Source: Ignicoccus islandicus DSM 13165 (GTDB taxonomy: Archaea; Thermoproteota; Thermoprotei_A; Sulfolobales; Ignicoccaceae). Taken from it: a stretch of 32,000 nucleotides of DNA. The stretch is from contig NZ_CP006867.1 of the NCBI RefSeq assembly GCF_001481685.1, positions 900,001 through 932,000 on the forward strand, in the 5' to 3' direction. Numbering within the stretch: position 1 is the first letter of the stretch; every line of letters begins with the position of its first letter. The notes beneath the pieces are model-generated. The model was not told where the DNA came from. It made no database searches and worked only from the letters and a program-made list of their open reading frames with translations. Below are positions 1 through 6,916 of the stretch, one piece after another. Both the position numbers and the translations under genes were made by a program.

Positions 1-325
1 AAGCTGGAGTAGAAATCCCCATAATCATCGAAGTTCCCATGATCGCTTATTAACCCCTCTAAGCTCCTTCTCATTGTAAAGATCGATCTTGAAAGGACCT
101 TGTACTGATGGTCTGAGCTCAAGAGTGGTAAATTGCCTTTGTTTTTGCAAATACGATGTTGAATGATTGGGTTTAAATTGAATTGAGCATTAGGAAGTCT
201 GGTAGAAACTGAAGGTGCTTAAAGAGACCATTAATTCTTTTCGTAAATGATTAAGGTTGAAGGAATGAGGGAATTAATTGTAAGTAAATGGAAAAACGAA
301 TTTGGACAGGAGGCGGAGATGAAGA

Positions 326-370
326 TTCACCATGGGATGGTGAATAGAGTTTTCACCATCCAATGGTGAA
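326..370. promoter_or_regulatory. Tandem pair of 19-bp perfect palindromes, TTCACCAT-N3-ATGGTGAA (326-344 and 352-370); candidate dimeric transcription-factor operators or tandem RNA hairpins
   Basis: Read directly: ttcaccatGGGatggtgaa, then 7 nt, then ttcaccatCCAatggtgaa. Arms are identical 8-mers and only the 3-nt spacers differ. Centre-to-centre distance is 26 bp. The pair lies in the long AT-rich non-coding region upstream of the cas operon. Confidence 0.5.
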
Positions 371-554
371 ATCGTTTGTTCAATCATTTGCATCATTTAG
401 TGTATCGATTTTCCAATTCAGATTAATTAGAATAATCATTTACTAAAACTTGATAATTAAGTATATATCTTAAAGATCCTTATTGAACCTATTCTATTCT
501 CATCTCTATTAATTAGTACGATCTAGAGTAATACCCTATGGTGATGCTTCTCTC

Positions 555-1268
555 GTGCTTCCGCGCTCCGTGTGGGACGAGTTACGGGCCTCCGCCGGAG
601 AGGCGATGGTGACTGTTAGAGGCTGGGATTGGTCGCTCTTGCAAAATAGGGCGCCCGTTAAACCTACAGTTAGCGAAGTTACTTCGCCGTGTCCAACTAA
701 GAGAGATAGTTACCTTAGGAGAGTATTGGGAGCGAGGCCATCGTCACCCTTACTGGAGAAAGGAAAGATGGTTCACGAGGCATTTATGTCTCCATTTAGA
801 GGCGAGGAAAGGGAGTTCAAGGAGGAACTCCTCAAGAAGGTTCACGAAGAAGCGAAGCTCAGGAAGGCCATAGCGGACGAAGAGGGAATACCTTACAAGG
901 TCGAATCGAAATTACCAGGATCCGTAATAGGACTCTCAACTATAGTTAAACCTGACTTCCTAGTAGGCTTCATGCCGGTCGAACTAGTGTACGGATGGAA
1001 TGGTAACGTAGAGAGGAAGAAGTTGGCTTTGGCAGCTTATGCATTAGTGATAGAGGCTTGGACTGGACTCCCAATCGATGCTGGCGTTGTAATCAACGTT
1101 AACGATCAAGGGATCAAGTACGTACTCGTTAGGATAGGTGACTACTACAGAAGGAAGTTCTTAGAAGAGAGGGACTACTTAGCATCGATACTTTCAAGGA
1201 AAGAAGATCCCGGAAGGGCCGAGAGCTGTCCCAATTACTGCCCCTTTGCAGAGGTGTGTAAGCAATGA
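555..1268 (+). CDS. csa1: Cas4-family RecB-like protein, Csa1-like (first gene of the adaptation operon)
   Basis: 237-aa ORF. It has one N-terminal Cys (SPCPTKRDSYL) plus a C-terminal CPNYCPFAEVC cluster, which is the 4-Cys Cas4/Csa1 layout. An RGWDW segment sits near the N-terminus. The ORF overlaps the cas1 start by ATGA (1265-1268). The order csa1-cas1-cas2-cas4 is the type I-A-style adaptation cassette. A GGTGAT Shine-Dalgarno-like motif at 540-545 lies 9 nt upstream of GTG 555. Confidence 0.7.
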   Translation: MLPRSVWDELRASAGEAMVTVRGWDWSLLQNRAPVKPTVSEVTSPCPTKRDSYLRRVLGARPSSPLLEKGKMVHEAFMSPFRGEEREFKEELLKKVHEEAKLRKAIADEEGIPYKVESKLPGSVIGLSTIVKPDFLVGFMPVELVYGWNGNVERKKLALAAYALVIEAWTGLPIDAGVVINVNDQGIKYVLVRIGDYYRRKFLEERDYLASILSRKEDPGRAESCPNYCPFAEVCKQ

Positions 1269-2173
1269 ACTTGTTGGTGTTATCCGAACCTGGGAAAGTT
1301 GTAAGGAAGGACGGAGGCATAGCCTTCGTAGGATTGGACGGGAAAGTAGAATACCTTGGAAACAACTACGACGTTATAGTGATCGCGAGCTCTAAGATAT
1401 CCGTTACCTCGGCCGCCATGCGAATTATAGGCAAATGGAACGTAGACTTAATGGTTTTAGATTGGAACGGCGAACCAGTGCTTAGGTCTTCGTCTCCCAT
1501 ACCCAATAAGAGCGCTATGACGAGGCTCAAGCAATACGAAGTTATATTAAAAGGGAACGGCTTGAAATACGCTAAACCGATAATAAAGAGGAAGATAGTT
1601 GAACAAGGCAGGACCCTCAGATACGTAGCTAAGAGTAAGAGGTCCAAGTGGTTGATCGATGAGAGTTACATCCTAGAGAAGTACGTTACTGACGTGGATA
1701 AGGCTAGGGATGCTGAAGAGCTAAGGTCCCTTGAAGCTCTAGCTGCGAGGCTCTATTGGAGCCTGTTGGCTCAAGTAATAGAAGGATTCGAGGGGAGGGA
1801 TCACGAAGGTAGGGATGCAATTAACGCGTCCCTGAACTACCTCTACGGGATTCTATATTCGAAGTGCTTCAAAGCCTTAACTATAACCGGTCTAGATCCA
1901 TACGCCGGCTTATTTCACGCAATAAAGAGCGGTAACAAGTCTTTGGTATACGACTTCAGCGAACAGTTCAAACCAGTCTATGATAAGAGGCTGTTCGGTA
2001 AGCTGCGGGAACTCAAACCGAAGTTCGAGGGAGGCACGCTAGCGTATGAGACTAGGAAGAAGATAGGCGAGATCGTCAATGAGTACATGGACAACGAGAT
2101 ACTCACGGAGGCGTGGAACTTGGTAACCTCCATCAGGAACGCCCAACCCTACGTACCGGGGTGGAGAGCTTGA
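1265..2173 (+). CDS. cas1: CRISPR-associated endonuclease/integrase Cas1
   Basis: 302 aa. Segments EALAARLYW, NASLNYLYGILYS and GLDPYAGLFHA...SLVYDFSEQFKP match the conserved Cas1 Glu / His / Asp-Glu catalytic region. It is sandwiched between Cas4-family genes and cas2. Confidence 0.92.
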   Translation: MNLLVLSEPGKVVRKDGGIAFVGLDGKVEYLGNNYDVIVIASSKISVTSAAMRIIGKWNVDLMVLDWNGEPVLRSSSPIPNKSAMTRLKQYEVILKGNGLKYAKPIIKRKIVEQGRTLRYVAKSKRSKWLIDESYILEKYVTDVDKARDAEELRSLEALAARLYWSLLAQVIEGFEGRDHEGRDAINASLNYLYGILYSKCFKALTITGLDPYAGLFHAIKSGNKSLVYDFSEQFKPVYDKRLFGKLRELKPKFEGGTLAYETRKKIGEIVNEYMDNEILTEAWNLVTSIRNAQPYVPGWRA

Positions 2174-2421
2174 TGGTTCTAGTGGCGTACGATATAAGGA
2201 ACGATTCCTTTAGAACTAAGGCCATGAAGAGGTTACTGGCCATGGGCTTTCAAAGGCTTCAGAAGAGCGTCTACTTCAAGAAGGGAGGAAGAGGCGATGC
2301 TCTAGACGCGTTTAGAGCGATAAAGAAATACGTAAAGGATGAAACCGACAAGATCTTCGTAGTAACGTTATCTGATAAGGAATTTAGGGAGGCGCTCGTG
2401 CTTGAAGGCGTGGTTGGTTAA
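2173..2421 (+). CDS. cas2: CRISPR-associated protein Cas2
   Basis: 82 aa from ATG 2173, which overlaps the cas1 stop (TGATG). The N-terminus MVLVAYDIRND... is the typical Cas2 ferredoxin-like beta1 strand with the catalytic Asp. The ORF-track extension 2113-2172 lies inside cas1 and is discounted. Confidence 0.9.
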   Translation: MVLVAYDIRNDSFRTKAMKRLLAMGFQRLQKSVYFKKGGRGDALDAFRAIKKYVKDETDKIFVVTLSDKEFREALVLEGVVG

Positions 2422-2923
2422 GGCTTACCTATTGTGTCCAGCCTTCGCTTACTTCAAGTTCCACTACCCCGAAGCGCCAACCCCTTCTATGGAGGAGGGA
2501 TCCGAGATAGATCTAGCAGAGATAGTGGAGAGGAACCTGAGAACCGAGTGCCCCGTAAAGTACGAAGTTCCTCTAAATGCGAACGGTCGAAAGGGTATAG
2601 TTGATGCTCTCATAGAATGTAGCGATTCCATTGAGGTAGTTGAAGTGAAGCTTAAGCAACAACCGGGCAACTCCCACTTCGCCCAAGCGCTTTTCTATTG
2701 CATATTAGCTGAGGAAACGTTAGGAAAGAAATGCGAGAAGGTCTTTCTATGTTATCCGGAGAAGTGTTACGAAAGGAAGGTTACCGAAGCCTCGAAGGAG
2801 TACTTAATGCAAATTATCAGTACAATGGAAAAGGACTTGGAAACGCTGCCTAGAGTTAAGAGCAAGGCTTACTGTAAGTATTGCAAGTACTCTAGGTTAT
2901 GTCCTTGGTCTCCAAGGAACTGA
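2402..2923 (+). CDS. cas4: CRISPR-associated exonuclease Cas4 (canonical RecB-like, 4-Cys)
   Basis: 173 aa. It has an N-terminal Cys (AYLLCPAFAY), RecB motifs D...E-x-K (GIVDALIE...VEVVEVKLK), QxxxY (AQALFYC) and a C-terminal CKYCKYSRLC. TTG start at 2402 (alternative TTG at 2414) overlaps the cas2 end. Confidence 0.88.
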   Translation: MKAWLVKAYLLCPAFAYFKFHYPEAPTPSMEEGSEIDLAEIVERNLRTECPVKYEVPLNANGRKGIVDALIECSDSIEVVEVKLKQQPGNSHFAQALFYCILAEETLGKKCEKVFLCYPEKCYERKVTEASKEYLMQIISTMEKDLETLPRVKSKAYCKYCKYSRLCPWSPRN

Positions 2924-3487
2924 TGAGGCTTTATATTGTCCTTTCTTCACCTTGATAAGTAGACCTTGGTCTACGAGCTTATTTAGAACCTTCCACGAAG
3001 TTTTCCTACCTAGCCCGTATTCCTCTAAATCTTGAGGACTCACGGAACCCTTAGTTAAAGCCAAGGCTAGCGCTATTGCCTCCTCCCTCTTCAATGGTTG
3101 AATGGGAAACTTTATATCCATGCACTTACCCAAGGCCTCGTTAAGCACCTTCACGTAGCATGGTATTGACGAAACAAAGCACGCAAGTATTAACATTAAG
3201 CTCAAGCTCCTCATACCGGAACCGAAACATATCACGTCGTTTTCAGACAATTTCAATATTACCTCAAATATTCCATTGTAATCGCAAGGGTTTAACCTTA
3301 CGATTTCGAACGAAATGTTCTTCTCCTTGAGGTACTCTTCGAAGCTCTTGAGAGCCTCTTCTGACCTAGGGTTAGGCGTATCGGGAACGTAAATTACTAC
3401 CTCTCCAACGTTATCGAGCTGCGAAACGCAAGAGACCGGGAAAGTTATATCGAAGCCGAGAACGACGTGAACCCTCAATAAGGGCAC
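2897..3487 (-). CDS. csa3: Csa3-type CRISPR-locus transcriptional regulator (CARF domain + winged HTH)
   Basis: 196 aa. The N-terminal half is Rossmann/CARF-like (RVHVVLGFDITFP, VVIYVPD, ICFGSGMRSLSL). The C-terminal wHTH is SPQDLEEYGLGRKTSWKVLNKLVDQGLLIKVKKGQY. It is convergent with cas4 and overlaps it by 27 nt. GTG start at 3487, with TTG 9 nt downstream also possible. A TATA-like tctatattt lies just upstream on the minus strand. Confidence 0.8.
   Translation of the reverse strand: MPLLRVHVVLGFDITFPVSCVSQLDNVGEVVIYVPDTPNPRSEEALKSFEEYLKEKNISFEIVRLNPCDYNGIFEVILKLSENDVICFGSGMRSLSLMLILACFVSSIPCYVKVLNEALGKCMDIKFPIQPLKREEAIALALALTKGSVSPQDLEEYGLGRKTSWKVLNKLVDQGLLIKVKKGQYKASSVPWRPRT
2902..2918. 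repeat. Perfect inverted repeat TCCTTGG-tct-CCAAGGA inside the overlapping 3' ends of cas4 and csa3
   Basis: Read directly: 7-bp arms at 2902-2908 and 2912-2918 with a 3-nt loop. It encodes PW(S/R)PR at the C-termini of both convergent proteins. Confidence 0.7.
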
Positions 3488-3605
3488 CTTTCAAATATAG
3501 AGCGGGTAGCGATCGTCCATAAGCTCTTCGCGCCCCTATTCGGCTGCAATTAAAGCGAAGCGTAGATTTAAACTTCCCCAATAAATCGCCTTGGGGTGAG
3601 TTGAA

Positions 3606-3923
3606 GTGGTAAAGGCCCCAAGGGGTTGGAGGCATAGGACTCGACACGTATTTAAGAAGAGGATAAGGGAGAAAGGCGGCGTACCTCCCCTCAGCTTACT
3701 AATGATTGAGTACAAGGAGGGCGATAAAGTAGTAATAAAGGCGAATCCAGCGATATGGGCCGGTATGCCTCATAGGAGGTTCCACGGAAAAGTTGGAGAG
3801 GTCGTAGGAAAGAGGGGCAGGTCCTACATCGTAAAGGTAAGGGATGGAAACGTATACAAGACCTTGATCGTGAGGCCCGAACACCTAAGGCCCTTTAAAC
3901 AGGGACAGGAGGCTTCATCTTAG
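3606..3923 (+). CDS. rpl21e: 50S ribosomal protein L21e
   Basis: 105 aa: MVKAPRGWRHRTRHVFKK...GDKVVIKANPAI..GMPHRRFHGKVGEVVG...YIVKV. This is the characteristic L21e N-terminus and SH3-like core. GTG start is preceded by GGGGTGAG (SD-like) and a TATA-like gatttaaac around 3566-3574. Confidence 0.9.
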   Translation: MVKAPRGWRHRTRHVFKKRIREKGGVPPLSLLMIEYKEGDKVVIKANPAIWAGMPHRRFHGKVGEVVGKRGRSYIVKVRDGNVYKTLIVRPEHLRPFKQGQEASS

Positions 3924-4968
3924 CTGCTTTAGCCATTCGCAGCATCCATTTCTCTAATATTTCCTTCGCTATCGGGGCCAGCCTGCCCGGTATAACTACC
4001 TTGTTGAGAACGCTTATCCCATCGGTCGGACCGAGAGTAATGAAGCAGAACGGCCTTTCGGAAGTTAGGAAGGGTACGTAAGGATCCCTCTTCTTACCAA
4101 TGGCGTGAAGCACTGCATACCAACCTTGCCTCATGGCTTCCTCCGCCATCTTGAGAGCCTTGGAATTAGCTGCATCGCCGGCAACGTAGGTCCTCTTGCA
4201 ACCCTTGGCGCGTTGGAACTCATCTACGACGAAGAAGTCCCTCTTCGCCCTTTCGGCGCAGTTTACCTTTACTTTCGGTCCCTTCACTCCGGCAGCCCAG
4301 ATAACCAAGTCAGCTTCTATTTCGTTCCCGGAAGATGTAATTACCTTTCCGTTCTTAACCTCCGACACCAACGAGTTCAAGTGAACCTCTATTCCATATT
4401 TCCGAAGTTTATTCATTATTACCGGTTTTATTTTCTCACAAGGTAGAGTTGGGGAAATCACGGGCGCTGCTTCAATGGCCTTCAACCGATAGGAGGCCTT
4501 ACCGCTCGCGTTCATCCAACGGAGTTCCCCTAGCGTCTCCAAGCCAACTAGGCCCGTCCCGACTACGGCAATGGTAGCGTCGTTCCCCAACTCGTCTAAC
4601 TTCCTCTTAACTTCAACTGCGTGATTAATTCTATATAAAGGATATACGCCCTCCACTGGAACCCAAGGTTCGGAACCTGGAGCAAGCACTGCGAAATCCC
4701 CCTCGTACTCCCTTCCATTCTCTGTGACAACTTTCACTCCGTTCTCGGTTTCCTCGACCTCTGTTACCAAGTCCTCTACGAACTCCCACCTGAAGTTGGG
4801 CTCAACCGTTAGATCCTCCGCTCTCTTTCTACCGCTGAGTATCTTTGTTAATGAGGGTAGGTACTCGAACTTCCTTGGACCTATTTGGATTACTTCCAAA
4901 CCGTTGACTTCGGCTGCCCTAGAAGCAGAAAGCGCTCCGAAACCGTTGCCTACAACTATAACCCTCAA
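3895..4968 (-). CDS. FAD-dependent pyridine nucleotide-disulfide oxidoreductase (NDH-2 / sulfide:quinone reductase-like)
   Basis: 357 aa. N-terminal dinucleotide fold VIVVGNGFGALSA, second Rossmann IAVVGTGLVGLETLGEL, and a C-terminal YVAGDAAN motif. Its 3' end overlaps the rpl21e 3' end by 29 nt. Confidence 0.75.
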   Translation of the reverse strand: MRVIVVGNGFGALSASRAAEVNGLEVIQIGPRKFEYLPSLTKILSGRKRAEDLTVEPNFRWEFVEDLVTEVEETENGVKVVTENGREYEGDFAVLAPGSEPWVPVEGVYPLYRINHAVEVKRKLDELGNDATIAVVGTGLVGLETLGELRWMNASGKASYRLKAIEAAPVISPTLPCEKIKPVIMNKLRKYGIEVHLNSLVSEVKNGKVITSSGNEIEADLVIWAAGVKGPKVKVNCAERAKRDFFVVDEFQRAKGCKRTYVAGDAANSKALKMAEEAMRQGWYAVLHAIGKKRDPYVPFLTSERPFCFITLGPTDGISVLNKVVIPGRLAPIAKEILEKWMLRMAKAAKMKPPVPV

Positions 4969-5000
4969 TTCAAATTACCAGTCACGGCTCAGTTCGAAGG

Positions 5001-5432
5001 TTATTTCCATTTAACGCTTACTAGGATTCCCCTCTTAGCCTTCAGTCGAGCGCCTATCCTCACTACAGCCTTCCCTACGCAGAAGGCATCGTCTCCTTCA
5101 GGCACCTCAATTAAGCAACCTTTCTTGAGGGCCGGGCAATAACACAACTCGTTCCCAATTAGGACCTGATTAACGTACGCGAACACTCTGCCTTTAAGTA
5201 CCTCTTCAGCTTCCCTTGGGGTCAGGTTAGTGGTACATATAGACAGTCCCTTAAGCAACTTAACGCACCATACCGTTTGATCGAAGTACATTAGAACGTC
5301 CATGACCTCCTCGCTGGCCCGGAACTCCTTTCCGGGTTTCGAAGTAACTATTGCAATAGATCTCGGCAACCTCCCCTTAAGCAAATTACCACCGCCTCTT
5401 CTATTGCTCGAGTTGGATCTATTTGTAGCCAC
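5001..5432 (-). CDS. Small conserved-looking protein, possibly THUMP/ferredoxin-like RNA-binding; co-operonic with the RNA ligase
   Basis: 143-aa ORF immediately downstream of the ligase. It overlaps the ligase by 85 nt at ATG 5432; in-frame TTG at 5384 or 5369 would reduce the overlap to 37 or 22 nt. Segments IAIVTSKPGKEFRASEEVMDVL and AYVNQVLIGNE resemble the N-terminal ferredoxin-like module of small THUMP-type proteins. This is a by-eye assignment only, so the function is tentative. Confidence 0.45.
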   Translation of the reverse strand: MATNRSNSSNRRGGGNLLKGRLPRSIAIVTSKPGKEFRASEEVMDVLMYFDQTVWCVKLLKGLSICTTNLTPREAEEVLKGRVFAYVNQVLIGNELCYCPALKKGCLIEVPEGDDAFCVGKAVVRIGARLKAKRGILVSVKWK

Positions 5433-6370
5433 TCCTTAACGACCTCGTCTTCGAACGCCCCTCTTAGAACTGCTTTCGTTAGCTCGTCTAGTTTTCGCTG
5501 AACCATTAGAGCCCTCTCCCTTACTTCATCGCTTAGATAGGGCAATACATCGTCCAACTTGTTCATTAAAATTATTCTCGCTAATCCCTCGTACCCCAAG
5601 TTTATCAACTTCATTAGCTTGACGTAGTTAGTTGACTTAATCTTGAACATTTTCGGCTTCACTTTACCTATTTCGTACCAAAGGACGGCTCCCTCGACAT
5701 TAATTCTCTCTATAGTATCTTTCAGTTCGTCTAGATCGGATACGCGGAACTCCCTAGGTCCCTCGAGGGGATAGAGCGCTAAGGTCTTCATATCCCTCCT
5801 GGCTAAAGGGACCAATTTCCATTCCATATCCCTTCGCAGATGTTCCTCTTCCCCCATCCAAGCGCTCCCAGAACCGGGGCCTATAAGTTCGTATACATAC
5901 GTATACCCCTTTAGGTCCGTTTCAGATAGCATCTCCTTAGCAACCCTAGCGAAAGGCGAATCGATCCAAAGCCTCTTCCTAGTTGCCGCGAAAACCTCGC
6001 CTTCGTATTCGAAGGCCGATATCATCGTTCCGTCCAGCTTCTCGAAGACTTTGAGGGGCTTTCCGGAAGGCCTCTCGTACTCACCTACGTTGTAGAATTT
6101 GTGGAACGGATAGGCAATCAGTCTCGGGCCTTCCTTGCTCCACTCTATAACTGTTCCCCGAGCGTCAACTAGTAAGGGTATGGGTGGGGGAGGTCTTCTA
6201 TATGAATATACGCAGAGCCTCTTTCCGTTTACTTCGTAGCACCTTACGCTCAGGGAGGATATGAGTTTCCTTACTTGCAGTTCGTCCCCTTGAGCGCCTA
6301 GAACTTCCTCGTAGTTCGGTTCCTCACCAAGCCATAGGGCTAATAGAGCCTCGTAAAGCGCGTTGCTCAT
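5348..6370 (-). CDS. ATP-dependent RNA ligase, archaeal Rnl3 (Pab1020/MthRnl-like) family
   Basis: 340 aa. Nucleotidyltransferase motif I KxDG (VFEKLDGTMI), motif IV-like VEGAVLWY and motif V-like KMFKIKSTNY. It has its own TATA-like ctatatctttta (minus strand, about 6402-6413) roughly 35 bp upstream of ATG 6370. Confidence 0.7.
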   Translation of the reverse strand: MSNALYEALLALWLGEEPNYEEVLGAQGDELQVRKLISSLSVRCYEVNGKRLCVYSYRRPPPPIPLLVDARGTVIEWSKEGPRLIAYPFHKFYNVGEYERPSGKPLKVFEKLDGTMISAFEYEGEVFAATRKRLWIDSPFARVAKEMLSETDLKGYTYVYELIGPGSGSAWMGEEEHLRRDMEWKLVPLARRDMKTLALYPLEGPREFRVSDLDELKDTIERINVEGAVLWYEIGKVKPKMFKIKSTNYVKLMKLINLGYEGLARIILMNKLDDVLPYLSDEVRERALMVQRKLDELTKAVLRGAFEDEVVKEWLQIDPTRAIEEAVVICLRGGCRDLLQ

Positions 6371-6424
6371 TGTCCTTTTGCCTAATCTTTCGGCGGAGTT
6401 AAAAGATATAGCAGAACGAAACGC

Positions 6425-6429
6425 AAAAA
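6425..6429 (-). terminator. T5 tract (minus strand) 17 nt downstream of the pilin-like operon stop
   Basis: Plus-strand caaaaac gives gTTTTTg on the coding strand. Oligo-T tracts are the usual archaeal termination signal. Confidence 0.4.
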
Positions 6430-6445
6430 CTCGTAGTAACGCGAT

Positions 6446-6916
6446 CTAAGTGCTGCAATCGAGGCAAATATTCGTTACTCCAACGAACCTTACTTCTAGG
6501 TCTCTGAGAGGTTTGCTTGTAAAGATACAAACCAGTGATCTGCCTTGTGGAAGGAGCTTTCTCTCTTGGTATAACCTCACCAAGCTCCCATCCAGCTTGG
6601 AGTTAAGCCTCACGCCTTCCACGTTACCGGCAGAGCTACTGTATACTATTGTTACTATTACGTACTTGTCGTTTGAATTGCCGAAAGTTATCAGCTCATT
6701 ATTATCGACGACCTTCGTTGATCGTAGAGACTCCAGTATTTCGTTGCAAGTAGCTATAGGGTCATTAGAATACATCAAGTTCGTAGATAGTTCGGCTACT
6801 ACTGAGGGCGCGGAGGCCTTCACTTCCGGCCTCAACGACGCAGCCAGTATTGCGATTGCAATCGAAACTATGCCCATTAACACGAGAGTTTCCAAAGTTC
6901 CTAAGCCCCTACGCAT
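6446..6916 (-). CDS. Type IV pilin-like protein (class III signal peptide), small
   Basis: 156 aa from ATG 6916, preceded by GGTGAG 5 nt upstream. The N-terminus MRRG/LGTLETLVLMGIVSIAIAILAASL has a basic n-region, a Gly at the putative cleavage site, Glu at +5 and a ~20-aa hydrophobic helix. It overlaps the upstream pilin-like gene by 16 nt. Confidence 0.7.
   Translation of the reverse strand: MRRGLGTLETLVLMGIVSIAIAILAASLRPEVKASAPSVVAELSTNLMYSNDPIATCNEILESLRSTKVVDNNELITFGNSNDKYVIVTIVYSSSAGNVEGVRLNSKLDGSLVRLYQERKLLPQGRSLVCIFTSKPLRDLEVRFVGVTNICLDCST

Noticed and set aside
1-74. Edge ORF fragments. The plus-strand frame 3 reads ...AGVEIPIIIEVPMIAY-stop, ending at 53. The minus-strand ATG at 74 reads MRRSLEGLISDHGNFDDYGDFYSS and runs off the left edge.
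   Set aside because: Both are open and are mutually antisense. With 25 codons or fewer and no motif, I cannot decide which one, if either, is real.
247-369. A 40-codon ORF (MIKVEGMRELIVSKWKNEFGQEAEMKIHHGMVNRVFTIQW) in the purine-rich tract upstream of csa1.
   Set aside because: It is below any reliable length and has no recognisable motif or SD/TATA support. Its 3' third is simply the translation of the two palindromes. It is more likely regulatory DNA or RNA than a protein.
1-554. Possible CRISPR array or degenerate repeats next to the cas genes. For example, CTGGAGTAGAAAT at about 4-16 versus CTGGTAGAAAC at about 208-218, and several ...TGAAGG/GAAAGG endings.
   Set aside because: The similar fragments are short and imperfect, and they are spaced irregularly (about 200, 35 nt) rather than at a 60-75-nt repeat-spacer period. 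No unit of 24 nt or longer recurs. If an array exists, it lies outside the window.
2113-2172. The ORF-track N-terminal extension of cas2 (MELGNLHQERPTLRTGVESL...).
   Set aside because: It lies entirely within the cas1 coding frame overlap. Cas2 homologs start at the MVLVAYDI-type beta strand, and ATG 2173 overlaps the cas1 stop in a classic coupling arrangement.
2920-2926. CTGATGA, a C-box-like motif that might mark a C/D box sRNA.
   Set aside because: No D box (CTGA) or C'/D' pair lies at the appropriate 12-60-nt distances downstream. The motif includes the cas4 stop codon and lies within csa3 coding sequence.
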